Shown: positions 7,251-16,391 of the stretch, in pieces
Numbering within the stretch: the first letter of the stretch is position 1
Layout: each line of letters opens with the position of its first letter
NCBI RefSeq assembly: GCF_000195755.1
Contig: NC_002937.3
Coordinates: 690,001 to 722,000, forward strand
Direction: 5' to 3'
DNA: 32,000 nucleotides
DNA from: Nitratidesulfovibrio vulgaris str. Hildenborough
GTDB lineage: Bacteria; Desulfobacterota; Desulfovibrionia; Desulfovibrionales; Desulfovibrionaceae
Position numbers and translations under genes: made by a program
Notes under the pieces: model-generated
The model's input: the letters and a program-made list of their open reading frames with translations, nothing else
The model's database searches: none
Told to the model about the DNA's origin: nothing

Positions 7251-8816
7251 CTACCGACCGGGGTCGAGTCGCATATCCTCAGGTGCGGTGGCGTCGACCT
7301 CGTGGTGGATGGCGGATACCGCACCCGGTGCGACGGTGATGTGCCAGCGCAGCACGGAGTCCTTCTCCTGAGGTTCAGGGGTGGAACGGCGTACCACGGT
7401 CACGGCGGTGTCGGTGGTCTGCGGGGCCGGGTCTTCGACGACCACCGCGACGTCGCGGGTGCGACCGTTGCGTATTTCGATGTCCCACGCCCACTGCCGC
7501 GTCTGGCGGCGCTCGATGATGCCCGTCTTGCCGCTTTGGGCCTTGAGGGGCTTGAGGCGTGCCGTGACGCGCGGGTCGCTGCCGAAGAAGATGTCGAGAC
7601 CTGCCCCTACGGCCTCGAAGGGGGCCTCGCCGACGCTGGCCCCGTCCACGAGATGCATGGCCATGCCACGCGGAAAGGCCCGGGCTTCGGCGAGGGTCAC
7701 ATGCGCGGCGAGGTAGGCCGCGGTGTCACGGGCGGGGCGGATGGTGTGGGCGAACGTGGCGGGCCAGTCTTCCGTGGCGAGGGTGACGCGTATGGGGGTT
7801 GCGGGCGGCAGGTCGCGGGGGCCCAATGCCCATGTCGAGAAGCTGGCGTGCTCTTCTTCACGTGGTGGCGCGGACATCTTGCCCATGTCCGCCGATGCCG
7901 CCTCCATGGCGACCGGTGCGGCGGAACGCATGAGCGTCGGGCCGCTGGCGTGCACCGGGCGAGGACCGATGCGCCACGCGCCCACGGGAGGGGGTTGCAA
8001 GCGTCCGTCCGGACGGGCGGAGGCGAGGGTCAGTCGCACATTCTTCCAGTCGAGGTCGGCGGACTGCCGCAGTATGGCCTCCTGCATGAAGACGACCAGC
8101 CCCCGGTCGGGACGGGCGTCGAGTCTGTAGGCGGCATCCCAGCCGCAGCCGGTGACGTCGTAGGCGTAACGCACCTCAACCGGTGTGTCCGAAGCGCCCG
8201 CGATACGCACCGTGGCGCGCGGGGCATTGTCGCCGCCGCCCACACGGGCGAGTTCATCCTCGGCCCGGGCGAGGTGCCGCGCGGCCTCTTCTTCGCGAAG
8301 CGAGAGCGCGTCATGCTCCCCTTGCAGGGCGGTGAAGTGCTTCGCCATCAGTGCGTCGACCCGTTCGAGGTCGGCGGGGGAGACGGTTCCCTTCTGCCCC
8401 GCCCCGGCCCACAGGGCCATTCGGGCCTCCACGGCGGCCTTGGTTCCCCTTACCTTGGCGAGGTCCGCGCGGGCCGCGTCACGGCGTTCCATGAGGGCCT
8501 TGCGGATGGGCGATGGTGTGGCTGCCACCGTTGCGATGTCGATGCCGAGGACATCGCGGCCGGGGACTTCGACTGTGAGGCTGTCCCCATCGGCGCTGGC
8601 TGGCAGGTCGAGGGTCAGTGTGGATGTGGCGTCATCCAGCGGGCGGGGGGGCAGCTTCACGGTCACGGCGACCCGTGCCCCGTCCGGGTAGAGGAGAACC
8701 TCTTGTGAGGGAAGGGGCGCGGCGTGTGGTGCCACCGGCAGCGCCAAGCAGATGAGGGCTGCCAGCGTCGCAAGGCGCAACGCGATGCCCGGGATGGTGC
8801 CCATAGTGCGTCTCAT
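7251..8816 (-). CDS. Secreted DUF4139/DUF4140 (TIGR02231, MuiA-like) protein of unknown function
   Basis: ATG 8816 with GGAGG 5 nt upstream. Signal peptide is LRLATLAALICLALPVAPHAAP. Family-like blocks are LTLDLPASADGDSLTVEV and GWDAAYRLDARP...DLDWKNVRLTLASARP, with a central coiled-coil-like Ala/Glu/Arg-rich segment. Confidence 0.75.
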   Translation of the reverse strand: MRRTMGTIPGIALRLATLAALICLALPVAPHAAPLPSQEVLLYPDGARVAVTVKLPPRPLDDATSTLTLDLPASADGDSLTVEVPGRDVLGIDIATVAATPSPIRKALMERRDAARADLAKVRGTKAAVEARMALWAGAGQKGTVSPADLERVDALMAKHFTALQGEHDALSLREEEAARHLARAEDELARVGGGDNAPRATVRIAGASDTPVEVRYAYDVTGCGWDAAYRLDARPDRGLVVFMQEAILRQSADLDWKNVRLTLASARPDGRLQPPPVGAWRIGPRPVHASGPTLMRSAAPVAMEAASADMGKMSAPPREEEHASFSTWALGPRDLPPATPIRVTLATEDWPATFAHTIRPARDTAAYLAAHVTLAEARAFPRGMAMHLVDGASVGEAPFEAVGAGLDIFFGSDPRVTARLKPLKAQSGKTGIIERRQTRQWAWDIEIRNGRTRDVAVVVEDPAPQTTDTAVTVVRRSTPEPQEKDSVLRWHITVAPGAVSAIHHEVDATAPEDMRLDPGR

Positions 8817-9062
8817 GTGACCTCCGTTGCGCCTGAAGTGGCGCTAGCTACCCGATAAGCCCTAGCACGGGGGCGGTGTGGAGGACAATGCGCTGCACGT
8901 CGCACGAGGCTGGCAATGTCTCAGGGGTGCATGCAACGGACGGGAGGGGATGCGCCGCTTGCTGAACGACTGGCAGGCACCGCAGACCCGGACGACGCAT
9001 GGCATGACTGTTTCGTGTGGCCGTGCGCCTGCTGCCATGCCACAGTTGCCGCGCAAGGCGGT

Positions 9063-9515
9063 TCAATCGGTGAGTACGGTGTCGTCGTGGCTGTAGGCGG
9101 GACTGCAACAGCAGAGGATGCGCAGGCTGGTGACGCCGGTGTTGCGGATGCTGTGGGGTGTTCCTGGAGGGATGCACACCGTGTCGCCGGGGGCGACGGC
9201 GAACACCGCATCGTCCAGCGCCATCTCTCCGTCGCCTTCAAGGACATGATAGAGTTCTTCGGTGCGCGGGTGAGTGTGACGCAGGGTCGCACAGCCGGGG
9301 GGGACCTCGGCTTCCGCCAGCGATTGGTTGGCGTTGCCATGCACGGCGGGGTGCATGAGTTCGCGGATGATGGACCCGTCGCGTGTGACATAGGGCGGCG
9401 CGTCGTCTCGCGTCGTTCGCAATGCAGGGCGCGCTGGCGTGATGCCCGCGTCTGGCGTGTCTGACGTCTCTTGTCTCTCGTCCCTGTCGGGCTGTTGGGT
9501 GGCTTCTGGCTTCAT
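9063..9515 (-). CDS. Cupin domain protein with a disordered N-terminus
   Basis: Internal ATG 9515 of track ORF 9063-10031, with SD GGAGAGAGG (plus 9518-9526). Cupin motifs are HTHPRTEELYHVLEGDGEM and PGDTVCIPPGTPHSIRNTG. The longer ORF would overlap PBP1A and is rejected. Confidence 0.8.
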   Translation of the reverse strand: MKPEATQQPDRDERQETSDTPDAGITPARPALRTTRDDAPPYVTRDGSIIRELMHPAVHGNANQSLAEAEVPPGCATLRHTHPRTEELYHVLEGDGEMALDDAVFAVAPGDTVCIPPGTPHSIRNTGVTSLRILCCCSPAYSHDDTVLTD

Positions 9516-9640
9516 GTCCTCTCTCCGTTCTGCGGGTCGTCTTGCGTGAGACGTGAAGCTGGTGGCGATGCGCCAGAAGGGCAACCAGTTGCGTCGTGGA
9601 GAAGGCGGTGGCGTTCCTGGGCGTCCCGGCGATGTATCTG

Positions 9641-9670
9641 ACGACGCCCCACCGTAAGGCGGGGCGTCGT
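9641..9670 (-). terminator. Perfect 10-bp stem-loop 10 nt downstream of the PBP1A stop (intercistronic hairpin or attenuating terminator)
   Basis: ACGACGCCCC-accgtaaggc-GGGGCGTCGT, with an inner CC/GG pair around GTAA. No U-tract. Confidence 0.4.
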
Positions 9671-9679
9671 GAGCAGACA

Positions 9680-12103
9680 TCAGTAAAGCTGTTTGAGCAG
9701 GTCTTCGCCGCTGCGGACGTCGTCCTCGCCACGTTCCATCGCTTCGCCGCTGGTGGCGGAGGGTTGCGTCCCGAGGATGAAGGGCAGCATGTAGCTTGAT
9801 GAGGATGACGGCCCCGCGAGCATTCCCGTGCGACCATCCACACGGGCGTAGACGATGCCGGGAGGCATGGTGAAGTCGTCGGGCTGGTACAGGTGGTCGA
9901 CGCCCTGCCTGTAGGTGACGAAGACGGGCAGCGCCGCACGGCCGCCGGTTTCGAAGCGGCCCATGGGGGCCACCTGATCGTAGCCGATGTAGACGCCTGT
10001 CACGAGATAGGGGCTGAAGCCCATGAACCATGCGTCCTTCTCGTCGTTGGTCGTGCCCGTCTTGCCTGCGACGGGGCGGCCCAGCGCCTTGGCACGGGTG
10101 GCCGTGCCGTCCTGCACGACCTCTTTCAGCAGGGATGCCATGACGAAGGCGTTCTGCGGCGAGATGGCCTCGCGCAGTTCAGGGTCGCGGCGGTAGAGCG
10201 TCTCGCCCCATGCGTCCTTGATCTCGACGATCATGCGCGGGGTCGAGACCCGGCCCTCGTTGGCGAAGGCGGTGTAGGCCTGCGCCATGTTCAGCGGCGA
10301 TACGGCCACGGCCCCGAGGCTGACGGAGAGTTCGTTGGGGAAATGCGGTTCGAGGCCGAGTGCCTTGGCGCGTTCGATGATGGCGGGGATGCCTATCTGC
10401 TGCGCCACGCGGATGGTGCACAGGTTGCGCGACTTGGCGAGGGCCGTCCGCAGCAGCATGGGGCCTGCGAAGTTGCCTTCGAAGTTCTCCGGGCGCCACA
10501 CCTTGTCGGTGTACTCGTTGATGTAGACGACAGGCGCGTCCAGCACCACGGACCCGGCGGTGAAGCCGTTGTCGAGCGCGGCGGAGTAGACGATGGGCTT
10601 GAACGACGAACCCGGCTGGCGTCGTGCCTGCGTGGCGCGGTTGAACTGGCTGTCGGTGAAGCTGTAGCCGCCCACGAGGGCCACCACGTCGCCGGTCTGG
10701 GGTTCGATGGAGACGATGGCGCCCTGTACGTCCGGGTACTGTTCAAGGGCAAGCTGCACCACGCCGCCGCGCGACACGAGGGCGGGATTGTACGATGTGG
10801 CGTTGCCGGCGGGGCCGAGGCCAGAGACCCACACCACGTCGCCTTCTTCAAGCACCTTGCGGGCGTCCTTCACGGGTGCGGCGCCTTCGGGGGCCACGCG
10901 GATGTTGGGGGTGCGGCACCATGTCATGGTCTTCACGTCGATGAAGCCGCGGTACTGCCCGAGGCGCACCTCCGCCCCCTGTGCCACCACCTTGGTGACG
11001 AGGGCGCGTGCCCATCCGCCACCGGCGAGGGCGTCGGGGGTGAAGTTCTCCTGCTGGAGGAATCCGGCGTACTCCGTCGGCTTGAGCTTCTGTAACGGGC
11101 CGCGCCAGCCATGACGGCGTGTGGCGGATTCGAGCCCTTCGCGCAGGGCACGTTCGGCGGCAATCTGGTGTTCGGGCATCATGGCGGTGGTCACCTGAAG
11201 GCCCGCTTCGTACACTGCGTCCTCGCCGTAGCGGTCTATCTTGAGGCCGAGGCGGTGCACATTGTCTTCGCTGAAGAAGTCGATGAGCTGGCGTCGCACC
11301 TCTTCCACATACCACGCCCCCGCGCGGCCGATGCTCTCGTCCATGCTCTTGTAGACGAGGGGCTCGTGAACGGCGGCTTCGTGTTCCTCCCGGGAAATCC
11401 AGCCCAGTTCGAACATCCGGCGCAGCACGTACAGCTGGCGCTGCTTGGTGGCTTCGGGGTCGCGGAAGGGGTTGTACTTGGAGGGAGCCTGCGGCAGCCC
11501 GCCGAGCACGGCGCATTCGGCTATGGAGAGTTCGTTGACATGTTTGCCGAAATAGGTGCGGGCGGCACTCTCGACGCCATAGGCACCGCCGCCGAGGTAT
11601 ATCTGGTTGAGATAGATGGTGAGTATCTCGTCCTTGGTCAGGTAGCGCTCGAGGCGGTAGGCTAGAATGGCCTCCTTGATCTTGCGCTCGTAGCTGCGTT
11701 CGGAAGAGAGCAGCAGACGTTTGACGATCTGCTGCGTGATGGTGCTGCCACCCTGCTTGATGGAACCCGCCTGCAGATTCTTGATGAAGGCGCGCCCTAT
11801 GGCCACGGGGTCGATGCCGTCATGCCTGTAGAAGCTGTCGTCCTCTGCGGCGAGAAAGGCCATGGGCAGACGCGCGGGCATGTCGCCAAGAGCCACGAGA
11901 AAGCGCTTTTCGCGGAAGAACTGCGCCATGACGCTTCCGTCGCGGGCCTGTACCACGGTGACCTGCGGGGGCCGGTAGTCGGCGATGCGTGTGAAGCTGG
12001 GCAGGTCGCGTGAGGCCCACATGACCATGATGACAGCGAGTGACGCGCCGATGGCGACACCGGCGACGACAAGAATGCACAGGGTAAGCAGCGTCTTTTT
12101 CAT
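9680..12103 (-). CDS. mrcA: Bifunctional class A penicillin-binding protein 1A (glycosyltransferase/transpeptidase)
   Basis: Glycosyltransferase (GT51) motifs are AAEDDSFYRHDGID, GGSTITQQ and RKIKEA. Transpeptidase motifs are SSFKP (SxxK) and KTGTTND. An N-terminal signal-anchor follows MKKTLLTLCILVVAG. Start set at ATG 12103. The track ORF extends to ATG 12157, which would overlap the upstream gene. Confidence 0.93.
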   Translation of the reverse strand: MKKTLLTLCILVVAGVAIGASLAVIMVMWASRDLPSFTRIADYRPPQVTVVQARDGSVMAQFFREKRFLVALGDMPARLPMAFLAAEDDSFYRHDGIDPVAIGRAFIKNLQAGSIKQGGSTITQQIVKRLLLSSERSYERKIKEAILAYRLERYLTKDEILTIYLNQIYLGGGAYGVESAARTYFGKHVNELSIAECAVLGGLPQAPSKYNPFRDPEATKQRQLYVLRRMFELGWISREEHEAAVHEPLVYKSMDESIGRAGAWYVEEVRRQLIDFFSEDNVHRLGLKIDRYGEDAVYEAGLQVTTAMMPEHQIAAERALREGLESATRRHGWRGPLQKLKPTEYAGFLQQENFTPDALAGGGWARALVTKVVAQGAEVRLGQYRGFIDVKTMTWCRTPNIRVAPEGAAPVKDARKVLEEGDVVWVSGLGPAGNATSYNPALVSRGGVVQLALEQYPDVQGAIVSIEPQTGDVVALVGGYSFTDSQFNRATQARRQPGSSFKPIVYSAALDNGFTAGSVVLDAPVVYINEYTDKVWRPENFEGNFAGPMLLRTALAKSRNLCTIRVAQQIGIPAIIERAKALGLEPHFPNELSVSLGAVAVSPLNMAQAYTAFANEGRVSTPRMIVEIKDAWGETLYRRDPELREAISPQNAFVMASLLKEVVQDGTATRAKALGRPVAGKTGTTNDEKDAWFMGFSPYLVTGVYIGYDQVAPMGRFETGGRAALPVFVTYRQGVDHLYQPDDFTMPPGIVYARVDGRTGMLAGPSSSSSYMLPFILGTQPSATSGEAMERGEDDVRSGEDLLKQLY

Positions 12104-12114
12104 GGCGAAGGGCG

Positions 12115-12681
12115 TTACAGCGTTTCGCCGTTCTCGTCCAGAGGCGGCAGGCCCCATGCCAGCCGGAGTCTTCCGGCCAGTCTACGGACGTCACGGGCGG
12201 TGAAGTTCATGAGGGCGAGGCATCCGGGCACGGTACGTCCCTCGCGGACGGCGACGCAACCGGATGGCGTGAAGATGGCGATGCGCCCGCCCTGCAACCA
12301 GAAAGGAAAGACGAGACAGTACCACGGACGTACTTCGCGCGGGAGGGTGCAACCTTCTGGGCCGAGAAAGGCGCAGTTGCCCTTGGCGTCCACGGCAAGC
12401 CGCAGATGGAATCCGTGCGGGGGGAACAGTCTCTCTATCTCGCGGGCCTCGCCGGGGAAGAGCCGGATGAGGTTGTCCACGAAGGGGCGGGTGTTGGGTT
12501 CGGTGGCGAAACCGCCCCGTTTGTCGCAGTGGTCGACGATGCGCTCCCACTCCGACCGCGAGACGGGAAAGCACAGCGACGCGTCGGTGGGGTCGATGGT
12601 GCAGCAGGTCGCACCTGCCATGCCGCAACGCTGGCAGGGCGCGGGCGATGCGTCGTGCGTGGTGCTGTGCGGCATGTCCAT
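12115..12681 (-). CDS. YkgJ-family (CxxCxxCC, UPF0153-like) cysteine-cluster protein
   Basis: Internal ATG 12681 with AAGGGGG upstream, just after the GT39 stop at 12696. Motifs are CQRCGMAGATCC and CAFLGPEGCTLPREVRPWYCLVFPF. 188 aa. Confidence 0.7.
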   Translation of the reverse strand: MDMPHSTTHDASPAPCQRCGMAGATCCTIDPTDASLCFPVSRSEWERIVDHCDKRGGFATEPNTRPFVDNLIRLFPGEAREIERLFPPHGFHLRLAVDAKGNCAFLGPEGCTLPREVRPWYCLVFPFWLQGGRIAIFTPSGCVAVREGRTVPGCLALMNFTARDVRRLAGRLRLAWGLPPLDENGETL

Positions 12682-12695
12682 CGATGAGGCCCCCT

Positions 12696-14282
12696 TTAGA
12701 ACGACCTGAAACTCCGGCGCGGCCACTCGCCATTGAAGCCGCGCAGGACGATGACGGTGAAGACCCGTCCCGGTGCCCCGTGATGCGTCGACTGGTAGCG
12801 GTACAGTTCCGCAGAGTCGAACATCTCGAGCAGTTCGCGCGGCACGCTCGTCCCGTCGCGGCGGACGAAGACCGCGTCCCAGCCCACCTTGTCGGCGGGT
12901 GAGGGCCACAGGTCGTACTGGCTCATGCGCCGGCCGAAGTCGGCGCAGAAGGTGAACGGTTTGCCGGGTACGTAGAACGCGAGTTCGGCCGTGATGTCGT
13001 AGGCGTCGGAGAAGAAGAACACCCTGTCAGGGTGTGGCAGCCCGTGCCGTACCCTGTCGAGTTCACGCCCGAGGTCCTCCCATCCCTTCAGCCGTGCGGC
13101 CGGGTTGAGCGAGGCGGGCAAGGGCAGGGTGTTCTGGAAATGTGCGGCGGCGAACAGACAGGCGCCCAGTGTGAACCATAGCGGCACGAGGCGCCGCCAG
13201 CGCGGTGCACCGAGGCCGTCAAGCAGGCGTTCAACCCCGGCGGCGGCAAGGATGATGCCGCCCACATAGCTCATGGCGGGCCAGTTGGGGTAGATGCGGG
13301 TGTGCAGACTCCATAGCGTGATGACGCCCCATAGCGGCATGAAGGCACAGAACAGCAATGACGACTGGCGTACGGCCTCTTCGCGGCCCGCCGCCTCTGC
13401 AGGTTCGCCGGGAGGGACGACGCCCGTCCAGGCGATGCGCAGCGAACGCCATGCCATGCCCAGCATGAGCAGCAACCACCATGGTGTGGCAACGCCCAGT
13501 TGCGCGCCGAGGTGTTCCGGCAGTCTGTCCAGTCGCAGAAAGGCCTTGCTGGCCTTGCCGGTGACCCCGGCGAGGGTGCCCACGTGCTTGAACCCCACCC
13601 AGTCGTTCTGGGCGTTCCATAGCAGGATGGGCAACATGCCGCAGGCCGCGCCCGCAAGGCAGGCGCACACGACACGCAAGGCGACCCCTTGCGGCAGCAG
13701 TCTCTGCCGGTGCAACAGCCACATGTGCAGGCAGGCGATGGCCGCCACGGCGAGCATCATGTACTTGGCCAGTACGCCGACAGCCATGCACATGGCGAGA
13801 AGGAGATAGGGTGCTGTGGCGCGCGGTGTGCGCGTGGCCGCGTGGATGCACAGTAGAGCCCCCAGCCAGCACAGCAGCAGCGGGCCGTCGGTGGTCATGA
13901 GCACCCCCGCCACCATGAACAGGGGGGTGGTGTTGGCTACGCCGAGGGTGAGCAGGGCGAGGCGGGGCCTGCCGAAGAGCCTGCCCACGCCGAGAAAGAG
14001 CATGACCTGCGCCAGTGCCGAACCTGCCAGTGCGCCGAACCGGACACCGAGTTCCGTGTCGCCGAACACGCCAGTCCACATCCCGATGAGCCATGCGATG
14101 AGCGGGCCCTTGGAGTAGTACGAGAGTTGCAGCCGCCGGGTCCAGTCCCAGTACTGGGCCTCGTCCTGCACGAGGTCGAGTTGCCCTGACGCGACGAACC
14201 AGAAGCGGACGAGCGTGGTGATGGTGATGATGGTCGCGGCGTAGAGCGTGTAGTGCCGGAGATTGTGGTGGTGTTCGCGCAC
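12696..14282 (-). CDS. Polytopic family-39 glycosyltransferase (ArnT / PMT_2-like)
   Basis: Many TM helices. The typical N-terminal block is LDLVQDEAQYWDWTRRLQLSYYSKGPLIAW. Start is uncertain. I favour GTG 14282 (GAGG 6 nt upstream), which places the first TM about 12 aa from the N-terminus. The track ORF runs to TTG 14522 and would add 80 low-complexity residues. Confidence 0.8.
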   Translation of the reverse strand: MREHHHNLRHYTLYAATIITITTLVRFWFVASGQLDLVQDEAQYWDWTRRLQLSYYSKGPLIAWLIGMWTGVFGDTELGVRFGALAGSALAQVMLFLGVGRLFGRPRLALLTLGVANTTPLFMVAGVLMTTDGPLLLCWLGALLCIHAATRTPRATAPYLLLAMCMAVGVLAKYMMLAVAAIACLHMWLLHRQRLLPQGVALRVVCACLAGAACGMLPILLWNAQNDWVGFKHVGTLAGVTGKASKAFLRLDRLPEHLGAQLGVATPWWLLLMLGMAWRSLRIAWTGVVPPGEPAEAAGREEAVRQSSLLFCAFMPLWGVITLWSLHTRIYPNWPAMSYVGGIILAAAGVERLLDGLGAPRWRRLVPLWFTLGACLFAAAHFQNTLPLPASLNPAARLKGWEDLGRELDRVRHGLPHPDRVFFFSDAYDITAELAFYVPGKPFTFCADFGRRMSQYDLWPSPADKVGWDAVFVRRDGTSVPRELLEMFDSAELYRYQSTHHGAPGRVFTVIVLRGFNGEWPRRSFRSF

Positions 14283-14743
14283 AGAAGACCTCGCGTTGGG
14301 ATGCCCGGATGTTACCCGCCGCTTGTGCGCCTGTCCAGACGCTACCCCCGCGGTGTCGCGGCCCGGGGATGGCGCTGCTTGCACGGCGACATGTGATGTG
14401 GTCGATGAGGCGCGGGGGATCATGGGGCCTGTGGTCTGCGGGGCCTCGACGGTGGTGTGCGGGGGGCAAGACCCATGGTTAACGCGGACGATACGGGCTG
14501 TGCAGCACAGTGCCATGCGCAAGGCCGACGGGCAGGCTAGACCACGACCATGCTAGCCCTCGGGTCGGCAGGCCATGGGCGCATATCCTCCGGACAGCGT
14601 AGCCCCGTACGAAATGCTCGTCGGACGATACCGTCGCCAGATATGATGGTCGCATGGGCGGGGTGTGGGGGATATCCCTGCCACCGCCCGGGGGGGACGT
14701 GGCGTTGCGGCGCGCCATGGGGAGATTCCCTCCATTTGCGCAT

Positions 14744-14766
14744 ACCCCCGTTGTAGCAACGGGGGT
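14744..14766 (+). promoter_or_regulatory. Perfect 10-bp palindrome/hairpin 33 nt upstream of the diguanylate cyclase start
   Basis: ACCCCCGTTG-tag-CAACGGGGGT read directly. Could be an operator or a 5'-UTR hairpin. Confidence 0.35.
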
Positions 14767-14798
14767 GATTGCCTATGCTGGTATCAACGGGAGAAGCC

Positions 14799-16112
14799 AT
14801 GCAAAGGGTACTCATCATCGAAGACAGCCGCAGTACGGCCCGTCTCATCGCGCAAGGCGTGCAGGAAAAGGTGGGGCTGCAATGCGATATCGCGGCCTCG
14901 CTGGCAGAGGCGCGCGTGTTGCTGGCGGTTGAGCCTTCTCCCTACCTTGTCGCCCTGTGCGACCTGTATCTGCCGGATGCGCCGGACGGGTCTGTGGTCG
15001 ATTTCGTCCTTGCTACGGGAACGCCCGCGGTGGTGGTGAGCGCACATTTCGACGCCGGACTGCGGCAGACCATGCTGCATAAGGGCATCACCGACTATGT
15101 GGTCAAGCGCAACCCGGAGGACATGCAGTACCTCATTCGCCTTGTGGCGCGCCTTGCGGCCAACGAGGGGACGGAGGTGCTGGTCGTCGACGATTCTCCG
15201 GTGTGGCGAGCGCACATCGCGGCACTCCTGCGGCGGCAGCGGCTCACCGTGCATCTGGCGGCAGACGGGGTGGAGGCGCTTGAGGTGCTTGAGGCGAACC
15301 GCAACATCCGTCTCGTCCTCACCGACCATTTCATGCCCCGCATGGATGGCGAGACGTTGACCGCCCGTATCAGGCGCAGCCGTGGCATCGAGGATGTCGC
15401 CGTGCTGGCGGTGTCATCCGGCGAGGGGGCGGCGGCGCAGTTTCTCAAGAGCGGCGCCAACGACTATGTCTCGAAGCAGGCGGCGTTCGAGGAGTTGCTG
15501 TGCCGGGTGCACATGAATCTGGACTTGCTCGACCTCATGCGCCGCAACCGTGAACTGGCCGAACGCGACGAGTTGACCGGGCTGTACGCCAGACGTCGCT
15601 TTTTCGAACGGGCAGCAGACCTGCACCGGCACGCGGCACGTGCCGGTGATGCCATGGCAGTGGTCATGCTCGATGTGGATCATTTCAAGCGAGTGAATGA
15701 CACCTACGGGCATGTGGCGGGAGACCTTGCGTTGCGACAGCTTGGCATGATGCTGCGGCGTGCGTTCGATGAACCTGTGGTGGCCGGACGTTATGGCGGC
15801 GAGGAGTTCGGGCTCGTCGTCGCAGGAGCTTCGGTGCAGGGGCTTCCGGACAGGCTGGAGGCGTTCCGGCATGATGTGGAGCGGCTGGAGGTGTCGCTTG
15901 GCGACCGCATGTTCTGGATAACCATATCGGCCGGGTGCCTTCTGGCGTCCGCCTGTGGCAGTACGCCCGACAGCCTGTTCGCCCGTGCCGACGCGTTGCT
16001 CTATCAGGCAAAGCAGCAGGGACGGAACCGCGTCGTGGTGGAACGTGACCGGGACGTTCAGGGGGTGCAGGGTGTGGTGTGCACGGACGTCGAACAAGGG
16101 GATATGGCGTAA
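14799..16112 (+). CDS. Response regulator with two receiver domains and a GGDEF diguanylate cyclase output
   Basis: ATG 14799 with GGGAGAAG at 14789-14796. REC1 is VLIIEDSRS...ALCDLYLPD. REC2 is VLVVDDSPV...LVLTDHFMPRMDG. GGDEF domain is DELTGLYARRRF...RYGGEEFGLVV...ADALLYQAKQQGRNRV. Confidence 0.9.
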   Translation: MQRVLIIEDSRSTARLIAQGVQEKVGLQCDIAASLAEARVLLAVEPSPYLVALCDLYLPDAPDGSVVDFVLATGTPAVVVSAHFDAGLRQTMLHKGITDYVVKRNPEDMQYLIRLVARLAANEGTEVLVVDDSPVWRAHIAALLRRQRLTVHLAADGVEALEVLEANRNIRLVLTDHFMPRMDGETLTARIRRSRGIEDVAVLAVSSGEGAAAQFLKSGANDYVSKQAAFEELLCRVHMNLDLLDLMRRNRELAERDELTGLYARRRFFERAADLHRHAARAGDAMAVVMLDVDHFKRVNDTYGHVAGDLALRQLGMMLRRAFDEPVVAGRYGGEEFGLVVAGASVQGLPDRLEAFRHDVERLEVSLGDRMFWITISAGCLLASACGSTPDSLFARADALLYQAKQQGRNRVVVERDRDVQGVQGVVCTDVEQGDMA

Positions 16113-16391
16113 GGGCCGATGCCCTGTCGGTGGAGGGCCGGACAGCAGGTCCGGGGCTGCACCGTCCCCATGTCAGGCCTGCCATATGGGGGGCGGGGTG
16201 GATTGAGAGGCGCGCGCGACACGGGCTGCACGGTGGTTCGCGTTTCTGCGCCGGAGTCGATGTCCGAATACTGCGCCTGCGTGCACACGTTGACAGCCCC
16301 CGAAATAGAAGGCAGAGTAAAGCTGTTGGCGTGCGGCCTTTTTTCGGCCACCTCTGCGCCAGCCGCATTCTCTCTTCTAGGAGCCTCATCC

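Noticed and set aside
9516-10031. The upstream 172 codons of the cupin ORF (track 9063-10031).
   Set aside because: It would overlap the 3' end of PBP1A on the same strand and cross the 9641-9670 hairpin. The internal ATG 9515 has a strong SD.
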